Shown here piece after piece: positions 1-9,191 of a stretch of 54,014 bases of DNA. Every line of letters begins with the position of its first letter. The stretch's first letter is position 1. The position numbers and the translations under genes are program-made. The notes under the pieces were generated by a model that worked only from the letters and a program-made list of their open reading frames with translations, did not search any database and had not been told where the DNA came from. This stretch comes from Candidatus Margulisiibacteriota bacterium. Its GTDB lineage: Bacteria; Margulisbacteria; Termititenacia; Termititenacales; Termititenacaceae. The DNA lies in contig JAISQA010000033.1 of the NCBI GenBank assembly GCA_031274525.1, positions 1-54,014 on the forward strand, written 5' to 3'.

Positions 1-720
1 TTCTGGCTGTTACGAACGATGGCGCTAAAATAAATATCGAGGTGCAGCTCTGCAATCTCGGAGATATGGACAGGCGCAGTTTGTTTTACTGGAGCCGGGA
101 GTATGCCAGAGGCATAAAGGCCGGCGAAAATTATTTGAGCCTGCCCAAAGTTATCACGATAAACATTGTTAATTTTGAGTTTATCCCTCTGCCGGAGTTC
201 CAGACCAGTTTTCGTCTGCGGGAAGACCGGTACAGGGACTATGTGCTCACCGATGTGCTGGAAATTCACTTTATCGATATGGTAAAATTCCGGCGGTTAC
301 CGGAAAAGGATATTGGACATAATGATCTACACCGCGACCGAGCCTGGCTTCCTATCAGGCGAGGAAGTCCCAGCGAGCAACAAGCGAGCGGAGTGCTGGC
401 TGGTATTTTTTGATAAGAATACGCCGGAGGAAACTCTAAGGGAGATAATGAACATGGACAAGACGATACAGGAAGCGCAGGAGAAGATACGCCGCGTGTC
501 CAGCAGCGAGGCAGATTTGCGGCTGTATGAATTGCGCGAAAAAGGGGAACGGGATTACGCCAGCGGTTTGAATTTTGCCAGGCGGGAAGGCAGGCGCGAG
601 GGGAAGCTGGATGATGCGCGTAGAATGAAAGAACTGGGCATGTCTCTGGAGCAGATTCGACTGGCTACGGACCTCACTCTGGAAGAGATTGAAACCCTGA
701 ACCCATTTGAAAAAAGATAA
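1..720 (+). pseudogene. Rpn-family PD-(D/E)XK nuclease (putative transposase), 5' truncated by window edge and frameshifted by a 61-bp insertion
   Basis: Motifs INIEVQL, RSLFYWSREY, LPKVITINIVNF and LEIHFIDMVKF in frame 42..413; WLVFF...YELREK...REGRREGK...GMSLEQI..TDL in frame 313..720. Removing 336..396 joins them as NDLHR-WLVFFDK. Confidence 0.88.
336..396. mobile_element. 61-bp MITE/REP-like insertion inside the Rpn gene
   Basis: Exact removal restores the frame. Contains a CTTCCT...AGGAAG hairpin and an AACAAGCGAGCGGAG motif similar to other short hairpin repeats in the window. GC is present at both junctions. Confidence 0.55.
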
Positions 721-998
721 TGAACATGGACAAAGCGATACAGGAAGCGCAGAGGAAGATAACATATGTCTCTAACGATGATGAGACTTTGCATGCCTAC
801 CAGATGCGCGAAATAGGGTTAAGTGACTGGAACAGCAGGCTGGGCGATGCCAAACGGGAAGGGCTGAAAGAGGGAGCACAGGAAGGCCGGACTGAAGCCC
901 TCAAAGGCGCCGCGCGGAAAATGCAGGTGCTGGGTCTTTCTCCAGAACAGATCCGGGAGATTACCGGCCTGTCCGCGGCGGAGCTAGAAAGACTATAG
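720..998 (+). CDS. Stand-alone Rpn C-terminal module (RpnS-like small protein)
   Basis: MNMDKAIQEAQ..AYQMRE..EGLKEG..GLSPEQI..TGLS is paralogous to the C-terminus of the upstream Rpn; DNA around 715-760 resembles 443-490. Confidence 0.75.
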   Translation: MNMDKAIQEAQRKITYVSNDDETLHAYQMREIGLSDWNSRLGDAKREGLKEGAQEGRTEALKGAARKMQVLGLSPEQIREITGLSAAELERL

Positions 999-1048
999 TT
1001 GAGGACGCCACCTCAAAATTGTTCCATTTTTTCCTGACGGCACCGCAG

Positions 1049-2323
1049 CTAGGCCGCCCGCACCAGGCCTTTTTGGGCCGCGGCAAGTAAATTTTTTAAA
1101 GCGTGGCCGCCGAAAATATTGTTTTTCTGTACCACGCGCAGCAGACGCAGCGCCCGCCGGTACTCGCCTTTGATCACGCAGGCCGCGCCCAGATAAAAAT
1201 GCAGCTCCGCCTGAAATTTACCCAATTCCTCCGCCGTGCAGAAAGCAAGGCCGTTCCGGGATTTGGTATAAACCAGATCCAGCATTTTATAGGCATCCGG
1301 CGTTTTCTGTTCCAGCAGCAGGACTTTGCCCAGAGTTAAATAAGGCCGCAGGTCATAGCCATCCTGCAGTCTGCTCAGCCAGGCATAGCAGTATTTTTCG
1401 GCCTGCACATAAAGTTCCTGCTTAATAAGCAGCGCCACAAAATTGGTATATATATAGCTTAACGGGATCAGGCCAAGCTGTTTTTTACCTTTTATATACA
1501 GCTCGATGGTTCTGTCCATATTTTCGATTAAAGCCCTGTCCGTGCAGGTTTCTAAACAGGAATAAGCTCTGGTATAATTAAATTGATTAACTACATCCTC
1601 CGGCTTTTTCCGCAGGGCTTTTTCCGCAATGTTAAAATTACGCAGATACCTGTTGTTGCGGTTGGCATCTTCATAACCATAATGCAGGACCCGCACATTG
1701 CTGTTATAAATTGTCCCTCCGTCTTTTTCGGAGATATGCTCGTGCAGAGCTTTTTTAAATTTAATCTTCCGGTGATTGCGAAAAAGCCGGCCGTGCGTGT
1801 GCACGTCTATGCCATTGAACGGCTGTTTTTGCCAGATCTCTTTTTCCGCGTCCGCCCGGCCGCAATTATAGATCCACGCCGTGTAGACATTTTTCTCTAC
1901 CGGTCCTCCGGCCAGAAATTTCTTGATAGTCCGGGCCGACTGTCTGGTCAGGGCCTCGTCATCGTCCAGCACCAGCACCCAGTCTTTGGTCGCATACTTG
2001 ATAGACTCATTGCGCGCTCTGGCAAAATCGTCGCGCCATTTATAAAAATAAATTTTGTCCGTGTATTTTTTGGCAATAGCCACCGTATTGTCCGTGGAGC
2101 CAGTGTCCACGATGATAATTTCGTCCACGACATTTTTCACCGAATCCAGACACAGCGCCAGATTGGCCGCCGCGTTGCGGACGATCATGCAGAGGGAGAG
2201 CGTGGGCAATTTACCGCCTCTCCGGCGCCGCGCCCGGACTTTAGCTCTGCGGGCAGCTGCGGAAATTTTGGCCGGGTTGCGCTTGTCTTTTTTGGATACA
2301 GTTTTTTTAGTTTTAACAGGCAC
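1049..2323 (-). CDS. GT2 glycosyltransferase with TPR-like C-terminus
   Basis: LSLCMIVRN..CLDSV..DEIIIVDTGSTD..W.DDFA.ARN..WVLVLDDDE..LHE..HYGY motif set; helical C-terminus. Confidence 0.9.
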   Translation of the reverse strand: MPVKTKKTVSKKDKRNPAKISAAARRAKVRARRRRGGKLPTLSLCMIVRNAAANLALCLDSVKNVVDEIIIVDTGSTDNTVAIAKKYTDKIYFYKWRDDFARARNESIKYATKDWVLVLDDDEALTRQSARTIKKFLAGGPVEKNVYTAWIYNCGRADAEKEIWQKQPFNGIDVHTHGRLFRNHRKIKFKKALHEHISEKDGGTIYNSNVRVLHYGYEDANRNNRYLRNFNIAEKALRKKPEDVVNQFNYTRAYSCLETCTDRALIENMDRTIELYIKGKKQLGLIPLSYIYTNFVALLIKQELYVQAEKYCYAWLSRLQDGYDLRPYLTLGKVLLLEQKTPDAYKMLDLVYTKSRNGLAFCTAEELGKFQAELHFYLGAACVIKGEYRRALRLLRVVQKNNIFGGHALKNLLAAAQKGLVRAA

Positions 2324-2409
2324 AGGCTACCCCCAGCAGTAATGACCGTTAAATATTATTATGCGTTACCGCATTGTAAATTTCAAGGCGTGCTGTATAC
2401 TGACAAACC

Positions 2410-3258
2410 ATGAGCGGACAGGATTATCACATCTATGTAGCCCAGCACCACGACAATAATCCAGTCTATGCTCTTGTGTTTAAAGAAATTATCCTGCTGT
2501 TCCTGCATTCGTTTCACTCTCTGGGCCAAAACTGCAGTTTCACAGTCGATCCGCAGCTGGACAAAAAGCGGATAAATATAATTTTAGGCGCCGCTTTTAT
2601 TTTCCCCGCCGCTAAGTTTCAGGGTTTCCAGTATATTCCTTATCAGCTGGAACAATTAAGCGCCGCGGAAGGCTGGTACAGCAAGTACCCTGAATACAAA
2701 AATATTTTACAAAACGCCCGCGCGGTCTGGGATTATTCCGCCGCCAATATTGATTTTTTACGGGGTGAGGGCATTCCGGCCGGTTATCTGCCTATCGGCT
2801 ATCACGAAAAACTGGAACTTATTCCCCGTGCGGACCAGCAGGACATTGATATTTTATTCTACGGCAGCCTCAACGAGCGGCGCAGAAAAATTCTGATCCA
2901 GCTTATGGATAGAGGGCTCAAGGTTGAGGTGCTGCCCAACATTTATGGAACGCCGCGGGATAAATACATTGCCAGAGCCAAAATCGTGCTGAATATTCAC
3001 TATTATGAAACCAAAATATTTGAATCCGCCAGAATATCTTATCTGCTAAATAATAAAATTCTGGTCATCACCGAAAACTCCGTGGACAATCCCTATCCGG
3101 CAGTCGAGCTCATCAGCGTGCCGTATGAGCAGCTGGTCGAGGAATGTGTCCGGCGGCTGGCCGACTGGAACAGCTCGCTCCAAATCGCCGCCAGTAATTA
3201 CCAGCAGTTCAAAGAAAATTATCCGATGACCGGGTTTCTGGCAAAAGTCCTGATATAA
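2410..3258 (+). CDS. Putative glycosyltransferase (GT-B, CgeB/YkvP-like C-terminal domain)
   Basis: DIDILFYGSLNERR, RAKIVLNIHYY..FESARISYLL..VITE motifs; glycan-locus context. Confidence 0.75.
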   Translation: MSGQDYHIYVAQHHDNNPVYALVFKEIILLFLHSFHSLGQNCSFTVDPQLDKKRINIILGAAFIFPAAKFQGFQYIPYQLEQLSAAEGWYSKYPEYKNILQNARAVWDYSAANIDFLRGEGIPAGYLPIGYHEKLELIPRADQQDIDILFYGSLNERRRKILIQLMDRGLKVEVLPNIYGTPRDKYIARAKIVLNIHYYETKIFESARISYLLNNKILVITENSVDNPYPAVELISVPYEQLVEECVRRLADWNSSLQIAASNYQQFKENYPMTGFLAKVLI

Positions 3259-3286
3259 GCTATAATAAACCTCTCAGGGGGAGCTG

Positions 3287-3757
3287 ATGAGCGAAGCAAA
3301 ATTGCTAAAAGTGGATCTCTGCTGCGGTATCAGAAAACCGGAAGGTTTTGTCGGGGTGGATCATTTTCCCGGAGAGAATGTGGACCTTGTGGCCGATCTA
3401 AATGAGCGTTTCCCTTTTGAAGATAATTCTGTAGACCTGCTGCGGGCGCACGACGCCATCGAACATCTGCCGGACAGAATACACACCATGAATGAAATCT
3501 GGCGTGTCTGTAAACCCGGCGCCACGGCGGATATATTCGTCCCCTCCACCGACGGCCGGGGCGCGTTTCAGGATCCGACGCATGTCAGCTACTGGAACAT
3601 CAATTCTTTCATGTACTATTCGGTAGATTATCCGCAAACTCTGGAACTCTGCCGGAGATACGGCTTTCAGGGCGCGTTCCGGATCAAACAGATTTTTAAT
3701 ATCGGCGACGCCAGCGGCGTGGTGCATGTGCAGGCTGTGCTGGAAGCGGTTAAATAA
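3287..3757 (+). CDS. SAM-dependent methyltransferase (type 11-like)
   Basis: VDLCCG..VGVD..DL..FPFEDNSVD..IEHL..MNEIWRVCKPG..DPTH; GGGGAG ribosome-binding site. Confidence 0.85.
   Translation: MSEAKLLKVDLCCGIRKPEGFVGVDHFPGENVDLVADLNERFPFEDNSVDLLRAHDAIEHLPDRIHTMNEIWRVCKPGATADIFVPSTDGRGAFQDPTHVSYWNINSFMYYSVDYPQTLELCRRYGFQGAFRIKQIFNIGDASGVVHVQAVLEAVK
3688..3757 (+). repeat. 70-bp direct repeat, copy 1 (3' end of the methyltransferase gene)
   Basis: Matches 6181..6250 with one mismatch. Confidence 0.95.
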
Positions 3758-3773
3758 CCGGCGGGCAAATTCC

Positions 3774-4857
3774 ATGCGCTTGATTTCAATTACAGTCCTA
3801 AAAAATGAAGAAGATATTATCGAATCTTTTGTCAGATACCATGTTAATTTTATGGATCAAATGCTTATGCTGGACACCCACAGCACGGACGCCACTTTAG
3901 ATATATTAGCAAAACTCGCCGCGGAAGGTCTGCCTGTCCGCATCCTGAAAAAACCGCCCGCCGCCGCCTTTGAACAGGCGGAATGGACGAATGAGCTGCT
4001 GGCTCTGGCTGTGGGGCAATATCAGGCGGATATTGTGTTTCCTTTAGACGCGGATGAATTTGTTTTTTCCAGCGGCAAAAACAATAGAGAAACTTTAATT
4101 AAAAATATAGACTTAACTTCTCTCAACGTCTGCGTCTGGCAGACTTATATCCCGCAGCCGAACGACTGCGCTCAAGAACATTTTATTCCTAAAAAAATAA
4201 CAAATATCCGCCGCGCTGCTCTGGAAAGTTTTCACAAAATTATCTGTCCCGCAAATCTGGTCAGAAAATATTCTTTAAAACTAACCGCCGGTAATCATGA
4301 TGCCGTAGCCGCAGGTTCCGGCCAAAACCAGCTGAAATATTACAGGAGCGCTGTCCTAAAAATTGCGCACTACCCGATAAGGTCAGCTAATCAGCTTGCT
4401 AAAAAAATACTGACCGGCTGGCTGGCAAATCTAGCGCGCAGCAACCGCCCCAGCGGGGAGCTCTTTCATCAAAAAATTATTTTTGACAAATTGGCGCAGG
4501 GAGAGGCTGTTACGCCGGAGGATTGTACAGAACTGGCCCTAAGCTATGCCCTGACCAAGCCGGTACCCCCCCCCCGGACAGAATGTATTATGCAGCCCCT
4601 TAAATCTGGAATACTGTAAGGATTTAATTGTCAAATATTTTCCCGAAAAACAACAGCAATTTTTAACAACTTTTTTACATTACGCTGAAGATCTGGCCTC
4701 TGGACACTCCGCGCTGGGCCGGCAAAATCTGCATTACATAAAGACCATCTCCGCAATTTCCCAAAAATTAAAAGACCGCTTCAACGAGCTGCAGGAAATT
4801 ATTCAGAAAAAAGATTTAGAAATTGAGCGTTTAAAAAATATTATTCCGGGCTTGTAA
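3774..4857 (+). pseudogene. GT2-like glycosyltransferase frameshifted at a C10 tract (phase-off or sequencing error)
   Basis: KNEEDIIESFVRYH..D..STD.T..PLDADEF..HYPIRS..Q. The ORF stops at 4619, but with C9 or C12 it continues GQNVLCSPLNLEYC...YAEDLA...IIPGL to a stop at 4857. Confidence 0.82.
4566..4575 (+). repeat. Poly-C10 tract in coding sequence
   Basis: Read directly; coincides with the frameshift. Confidence 0.9.
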
Positions 4858-4925
4858 AACTAACCGGGTGACAGCTTACAATGCTCAAGGTGTGAAACCT
4901 CTTGCCAGCTTTAACAATATTTACT

Positions 4926-4948
4926 AAAATGCAACAGCATTGCATTTT
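4926..4948. promoter_or_regulatory. Inverted repeat AAAATGCAA-N5-TTGCATTTT, candidate operator
   Basis: Perfect 9-bp arms ending 12 bp upstream of the AAA ATPase start. Confidence 0.5.
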
Positions 4949-4960
4949 GGGAAATAAATA

Positions 4961-6175
4961 ATGGATTATAAACCGCGCACCATCAGCAAAGTAATTCTCC
5001 GGGCCTCGGCTAACTTCAAGCTTATCCTGCTGACCGGCATGCGGCAGGTAGGGAAAACCACAACTCTGCTTAATTGCGGCACTAAAAAACGCCAGCACGT
5101 GACACTGGATAATCCCAAAGATTTAGCCCTGGCGCAAAAAGAACCGGAATTTTTCTTCCAGACCTACGAACCGCCGCTGCTGATCGATGAAATACAGCAT
5201 GTACCCTCTTTGTTTCCTTATCTAAAGATGCTGGCGGATAATTCGCCAAAGCGGGGGCTGGTCTGGATGACCGGCTCGCAGCAGTTTGAGTTAATGCAGG
5301 GTATATCCGAAAGTCTGGCCGGCCGCGTAATTATTTTGAATATGCTGGGATTTTCGCTTTACGAACGCGCCGGACTCGGCGCACAGCAAAAACCGTTTCT
5401 GCCCTCCGCGCGTTCGAGCGGAGCTCTAAATAAAAAAAATCTGCGCCAGACCTACAAAATTATCTGGCAGGGCGCGTTCCCGGACATTGTGGATAAACCG
5501 GCCAATCAGTGGGCGGGATTTTATGCGTCTTATGTAAAAACTTATATTGAGCGCGATGTCCGGCGCATAGTAAATATCGGCAATGAGGCAGATTTTCTGA
5601 AATTTTTAAGCGTGCTGGCCGCGCGGACAGCGCAGGAGCTCAATCTGGCTGACACCGCCCGCGACGCAGGTATCGCGCCCAACACCGCCAAAGCCTGGCT
5701 ATCTATTCTTGAGACATCCGGCCTTGTTTATCTTTTGAAGCCCTATTTCAAGAATATTTCTAAACGTTTTATCAAAAGGCCTAAGCTATATTTTATGGAC
5801 ACGGGGCTGTGCGCCTATCTCACGGAATGGAATACGCCGGAAGTGCTGGAAAAAGGCGCGATGAGCGGGGCTATTTTTGAAACTTTTGTCATAACCGAAA
5901 TCATAAAATCTTATCAGCATAACGGGCTGTTCCCCGCGCTTTACTATTATCGAGACAATGTCCAAACTGAAATTGATCTTTTGCTCGCCCAAAACGGCCT
6001 GCTGTATCCTATAGAAATCAAAAAAACTGCCAACCCGTCCAGAAACGACATATCCGCTTTTGAACAGCTGGCTAAAATCGGCGAAAAACCCGGATATGGC
6101 GCGCTGATCTGCCTGACCGACCGCGCCCGCCCGCTTACAGACAAAGCCAGCGCTATATCTATCTGGGATATTTAG
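4961..6175 (+). CDS. AAA+ ATPase with DUF4143 domain
   Basis: Walker A GMRQVGKT, Walker B LIDEIQ, TGSQ, ESLAGR, TYIERD, KLYFMDTGL, EIDLL..PIEIK. Confidence 0.92.
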   Translation: MDYKPRTISKVILRASANFKLILLTGMRQVGKTTTLLNCGTKKRQHVTLDNPKDLALAQKEPEFFFQTYEPPLLIDEIQHVPSLFPYLKMLADNSPKRGLVWMTGSQQFELMQGISESLAGRVIILNMLGFSLYERAGLGAQQKPFLPSARSSGALNKKNLRQTYKIIWQGAFPDIVDKPANQWAGFYASYVKTYIERDVRRIVNIGNEADFLKFLSVLAARTAQELNLADTARDAGIAPNTAKAWLSILETSGLVYLLKPYFKNISKRFIKRPKLYFMDTGLCAYLTEWNTPEVLEKGAMSGAIFETFVITEIIKSYQHNGLFPALYYYRDNVQTEIDLLLAQNGLLYPIEIKKTANPSRNDISAFEQLAKIGEKPGYGALICLTDRARPLTDKASAISIWDI

Positions 6176-6180
6176 GCCGG

Positions 6181-6250
6181 ACAGATTTTTAATATCGGCG
6201 ACGCCAGCGGCGTGGTGCATGTGCAGGCTGTGCTGGAAGCGGTCAAATAA
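6181..6250 (+). repeat. 70-bp direct repeat, copy 2
   Basis: Matches 3688..3757 with one mismatch; an orphan copy of the methyltransferase 3' end. Confidence 0.95.
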
Positions 6251-7138
6251 TTATTTGCTTGCACACTTCCAGAAAATATTCCGCTCTTTTTTGGGAAGTA
6301 TGATACAGCAATAAATGTTCATGTCCTCTCCGGGCAATTTTTTCTACTTCATCAAGATGTTCAAGATAATAAGCCAGCTTATCCTCAAATTCCTCTAAAG
6401 AGGCAAAAGTCACATAACTAACTCCGTCTGTAAAAGGATAGGGAATTTCAATATCCAGTTTCTGGGTAAATAGCATAGCGCGGGCAGCCAGGATTTCCCA
6501 AAATCTAGCGCAGTCATACCCGGAGCCCATCACATTGACCGATATCAGGCTGCGCTGAAGCAATGTTCTATATACGGGATTTATCCTGTACAAACCGGAG
6601 CCGTCATAAACCATTTCCTTTGTATTGCCAGAAATAATCTGCGGATCTTTGCGTGCTTGTAAACGCAAATAAATCGACATACGCAGCGGATTGGCACACA
6701 TGTTGGCAAGAAAGGAAATTTTTATATCTCTGGCAGAGGGACTACCCCCCCCCCCCCCCCGGAAAAACGCTTTTCCGCGCCAAAAGGCAGGGGATAGACG
6801 GTTTTATTTGGGCCGTATAAACGAGAATTATATTCTCTCTTAAAAATCAATCTGGCAGAAATCTCTGGATTTTCCAAAATTTGGAAATCACTGCCATCCA
6901 CATAAACTTTTTGCGGATTAATAATTTTATCCAGCAAATTATATTTTACGCCCTGATTGGAGCCGATAATTATTATATCTGCGTTCTCCGCCTGTTTTAG
7001 CAACTCTTTTTCCGGAAAAGATACGCCATAATTACTATTCTCCGCACAATAAACTTCGTTACCGTTTTGCGTCAGGCCCTCAATCAGTGTGGCTGTAAGA
7101 TAATCATAAATCGGCGTATTGAGATAAACTATTTTCAT
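6243..7138 (-). pseudogene. CgeB/YkvP-like glycosyltransferase split at a G16 tract
   Basis: ORFs 6722..7138 and 6243..6701 fuse if the tract is G14 or G17 (..KRFSG(n)SPSARDIKISFLANMCANPLR..). C-terminal motifs GSGYDCARFWE and IARRGHEH..HT..RAEY. Confidence 0.82.
6745..6760 (-). repeat. Poly-G16 tract (coding strand)
   Basis: Read directly; coincides with the frameshift. Confidence 0.92.
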
Positions 7139-7216
7139 TTCTAGCGCGCTCCTTGAAATGTTGCAAGTATATTTTATGTCAGCCTAATCTGCGGCTCAAG
7201 ACCGGAAGTATTTAAT

Positions 7217-7939
7217 TCAGCCCTGCCGCGCTTCAAACTCTCTGCGCTGACGGCTGATTTCCGGGGCATATACGGTCTGGAATATTCTGCTCTGTTCAGC
7301 ATAATGCGCCAGGCTAGGCACGCCACATTCGTGCAAAGCCCAGGAACAAAGCTGCGCCGGTACAACAGTCCTGTATCCGGCCTTATAAAATTCCAGACAT
7401 TGCGACGCATCATAAAAATGCCAGTCCTGAAATAAATCTTCCCGCCAGAATAAATCATATTGAGTGGCCATTAACAAACCGTCAACGACAATAACTTCTC
7501 TGTACTTTTCCGTGTGTGTGTGTGTGTGTGGGGGGGGGGGGGGATGATTTAATTCACTAAGGAAGCCCCGGTGTGAGTCAATGACACGACCATAAGGATA
7601 TCGGGATTCCCACCAGCAGCCCGATTCCGGCAAATTCTGCGCCCCGATCAGGCCGATTAAACCGATATCCTGTTCGGCAAATAAGCGCAATATTCTTTGC
7701 ATAAAATATGGATAAAAAAGCAAAACATCCTGATGCAAATAAATCTTATACTTAGCATCTGATTCCCGCTGCGCCTGATTGTAGCCGGCGCACATAGACG
7801 CCGCGCCGCGCACCGCCCTATATTCCACTGTCATTTCAGGAGGCGTCGCCAGTAAAGATAAAAAATGCAGACACTTCCGGTAAAGCGCTTCGTTATTAAC
7901 GCAGGTTATGAAACATATTTTATTTTTATCTAAAACCAT
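7217..7939 (-). CDS. Glycosyltransferase-like protein (StrF / Glyco_tranf_2_5 type)
   Basis: ICFITCVN, SMCAGYN, KYKIYLHQDV, VDGLLMATQYD..WREDLF..WHFYDASQC.EF. Confidence 0.85.
   Translation of the reverse strand: MVLDKNKICFITCVNNEALYRKCLHFLSLLATPPEMTVEYRAVRGAASMCAGYNQAQRESDAKYKIYLHQDVLLFYPYFMQRILRLFAEQDIGLIGLIGAQNLPESGCWWESRYPYGRVIDSHRGFLSELNHPPPPPHTHTHTEKYREVIVVDGLLMATQYDLFWREDLFQDWHFYDASQCLEFYKAGYRTVVPAQLCSWALHECGVPSLAHYAEQSRIFQTVYAPEISRQRREFEARQG
7512..7543 (-). repeat. Compound SSR C14+(AC)9 on the coding strand, currently in frame
   Basis: Plus strand reads (GT)9 then G14; encodes PPPPPHTHTHT. Confidence 0.92.
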
Positions 7940-7951
7940 ATTATGTCTAAT

Positions 7952-9163
7952 TCATTCCCACAAATTATTCAAAGGCACAGCGCGCAGGTTGCGGCCAAAA
8001 GGCAGCGTCTGTTCACCGGTGTAAAGCACCAGGCCATAAAATTTCGCGCCGCCTATATTATCCCGAAACCAGCGCAAATGCTTAAAATCGCCGGCGCTAA
8101 CGCTGGAAGAGGCCTTAACCTCTATGCCGGTAAGCCGCCCCCGGTGCTCAATAATAAAATCTATTTCCCGCTGCCGGTTGTCACGATAATGATACAGCGC
8201 GGCGTCCGTGACCAGATCGACCTGCGCGGCCAGCTGATTGTACACAAAAGTTTCCAGCAGTTTCCCGGATTTATCCCCGTCAAACTCTAAACCTTTTAAC
8301 TTCCAATCTAACACCGCGCTCATCAAGCCCGTGTCGGTGACAAATATTTTATCCTGCTTCCCAACCCGGTCGTAACCGGTTTTCAGCCAGGGACGCAGCC
8401 GGTCCAGCAAATATATCTTTTCCAGCACATTTAAATATTCATCCAGAGTCTGTCTGGAAACGGCAAGCCCGGAGCGGATATGAGCCTTATCCATATACCT
8501 GGCGGAAAATTCACAAACAACCGCAAATAGCTGCCTCAGTATATCCTGCCTTTTGATATTAGCGACATACCGCAGGTCTTTTTCAAGCAAAACATCCACA
8601 TAATTACGGTGCCATTTCCGGCGTGCGGCGGGACTTTTAGCCAGAGGCTCCGGAAATCCGCCGTTAAAAGCAATCTCTAAGCTGCGTTTTTTATCAAAAA
8701 ATTTATTAGCGCAAAATTCTTTTCTCTGCAATCTCTTTAAGAAACGCGGCTCATTGCCCAGTATTTCACCGTAAGCAAAAGGCCGCAGTCTGACTTTTTC
8801 TACCCGGCCGGCCAAAGACTCCTGCACGGTCGGCAAGGCGGCAATATCCGCGGAACCGGTTATCAAATACTGTCCGCAGCGCGTATCTTTATCCACCGCC
8901 CTTTTTATCGCCACTATTAATTCCGGCGCTCTTTGTATTTCATCGATCACCAAAGTCCGCCCGGCGTGTTTTATAAATTCTTGCGGGTCAGCATGTGCCG
9001 ATTTCAAAACGGGAAATTCGTCCAGGGTACGGTATTCAAAACCGCTGGCCGACATATAGTCCGCCAAGGTTGTTTTACCGCATTGCCGGGAGCCGGTCAG
9101 CATGGTGACCCGCATGGTTTTGAGCGATTCAATTACTTTATTTTCCAGCCATCTTTTCCTCAT
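7952..9163 (-). CDS. AAA+ ATPase with DUF4143 domain
   Basis: GSRQCGKT, IDEIQ, TGSA, ESLAGR, DTGL, REIDF..GIEVK; start taken at MRKRWLE. Confidence 0.92.
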   Translation of the reverse strand: MRKRWLENKVIESLKTMRVTMLTGSRQCGKTTLADYMSASGFEYRTLDEFPVLKSAHADPQEFIKHAGRTLVIDEIQRAPELIVAIKRAVDKDTRCGQYLITGSADIAALPTVQESLAGRVEKVRLRPFAYGEILGNEPRFLKRLQRKEFCANKFFDKKRSLEIAFNGGFPEPLAKSPAARRKWHRNYVDVLLEKDLRYVANIKRQDILRQLFAVVCEFSARYMDKAHIRSGLAVSRQTLDEYLNVLEKIYLLDRLRPWLKTGYDRVGKQDKIFVTDTGLMSAVLDWKLKGLEFDGDKSGKLLETFVYNQLAAQVDLVTDAALYHYRDNRQREIDFIIEHRGRLTGIEVKASSSVSAGDFKHLRWFRDNIGGAKFYGLVLYTGEQTLPFGRNLRAVPLNNLWE

Positions 9164-9191
9164 AATGATTATAATTATATTATCCAATATG

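Noticed and set aside
1..998. Active IS element
   Set aside because: Rpn proteins are annotated as putative transposases, but no terminal inverted repeats or target duplication are visible and the gene is disrupted.
5467..5486. Similarity of CAGGGCGCGTTCC to 3668-3680 as a third repeat copy
   Set aside because: Only about 13 bp, both encoding QGAF; compatible with chance.
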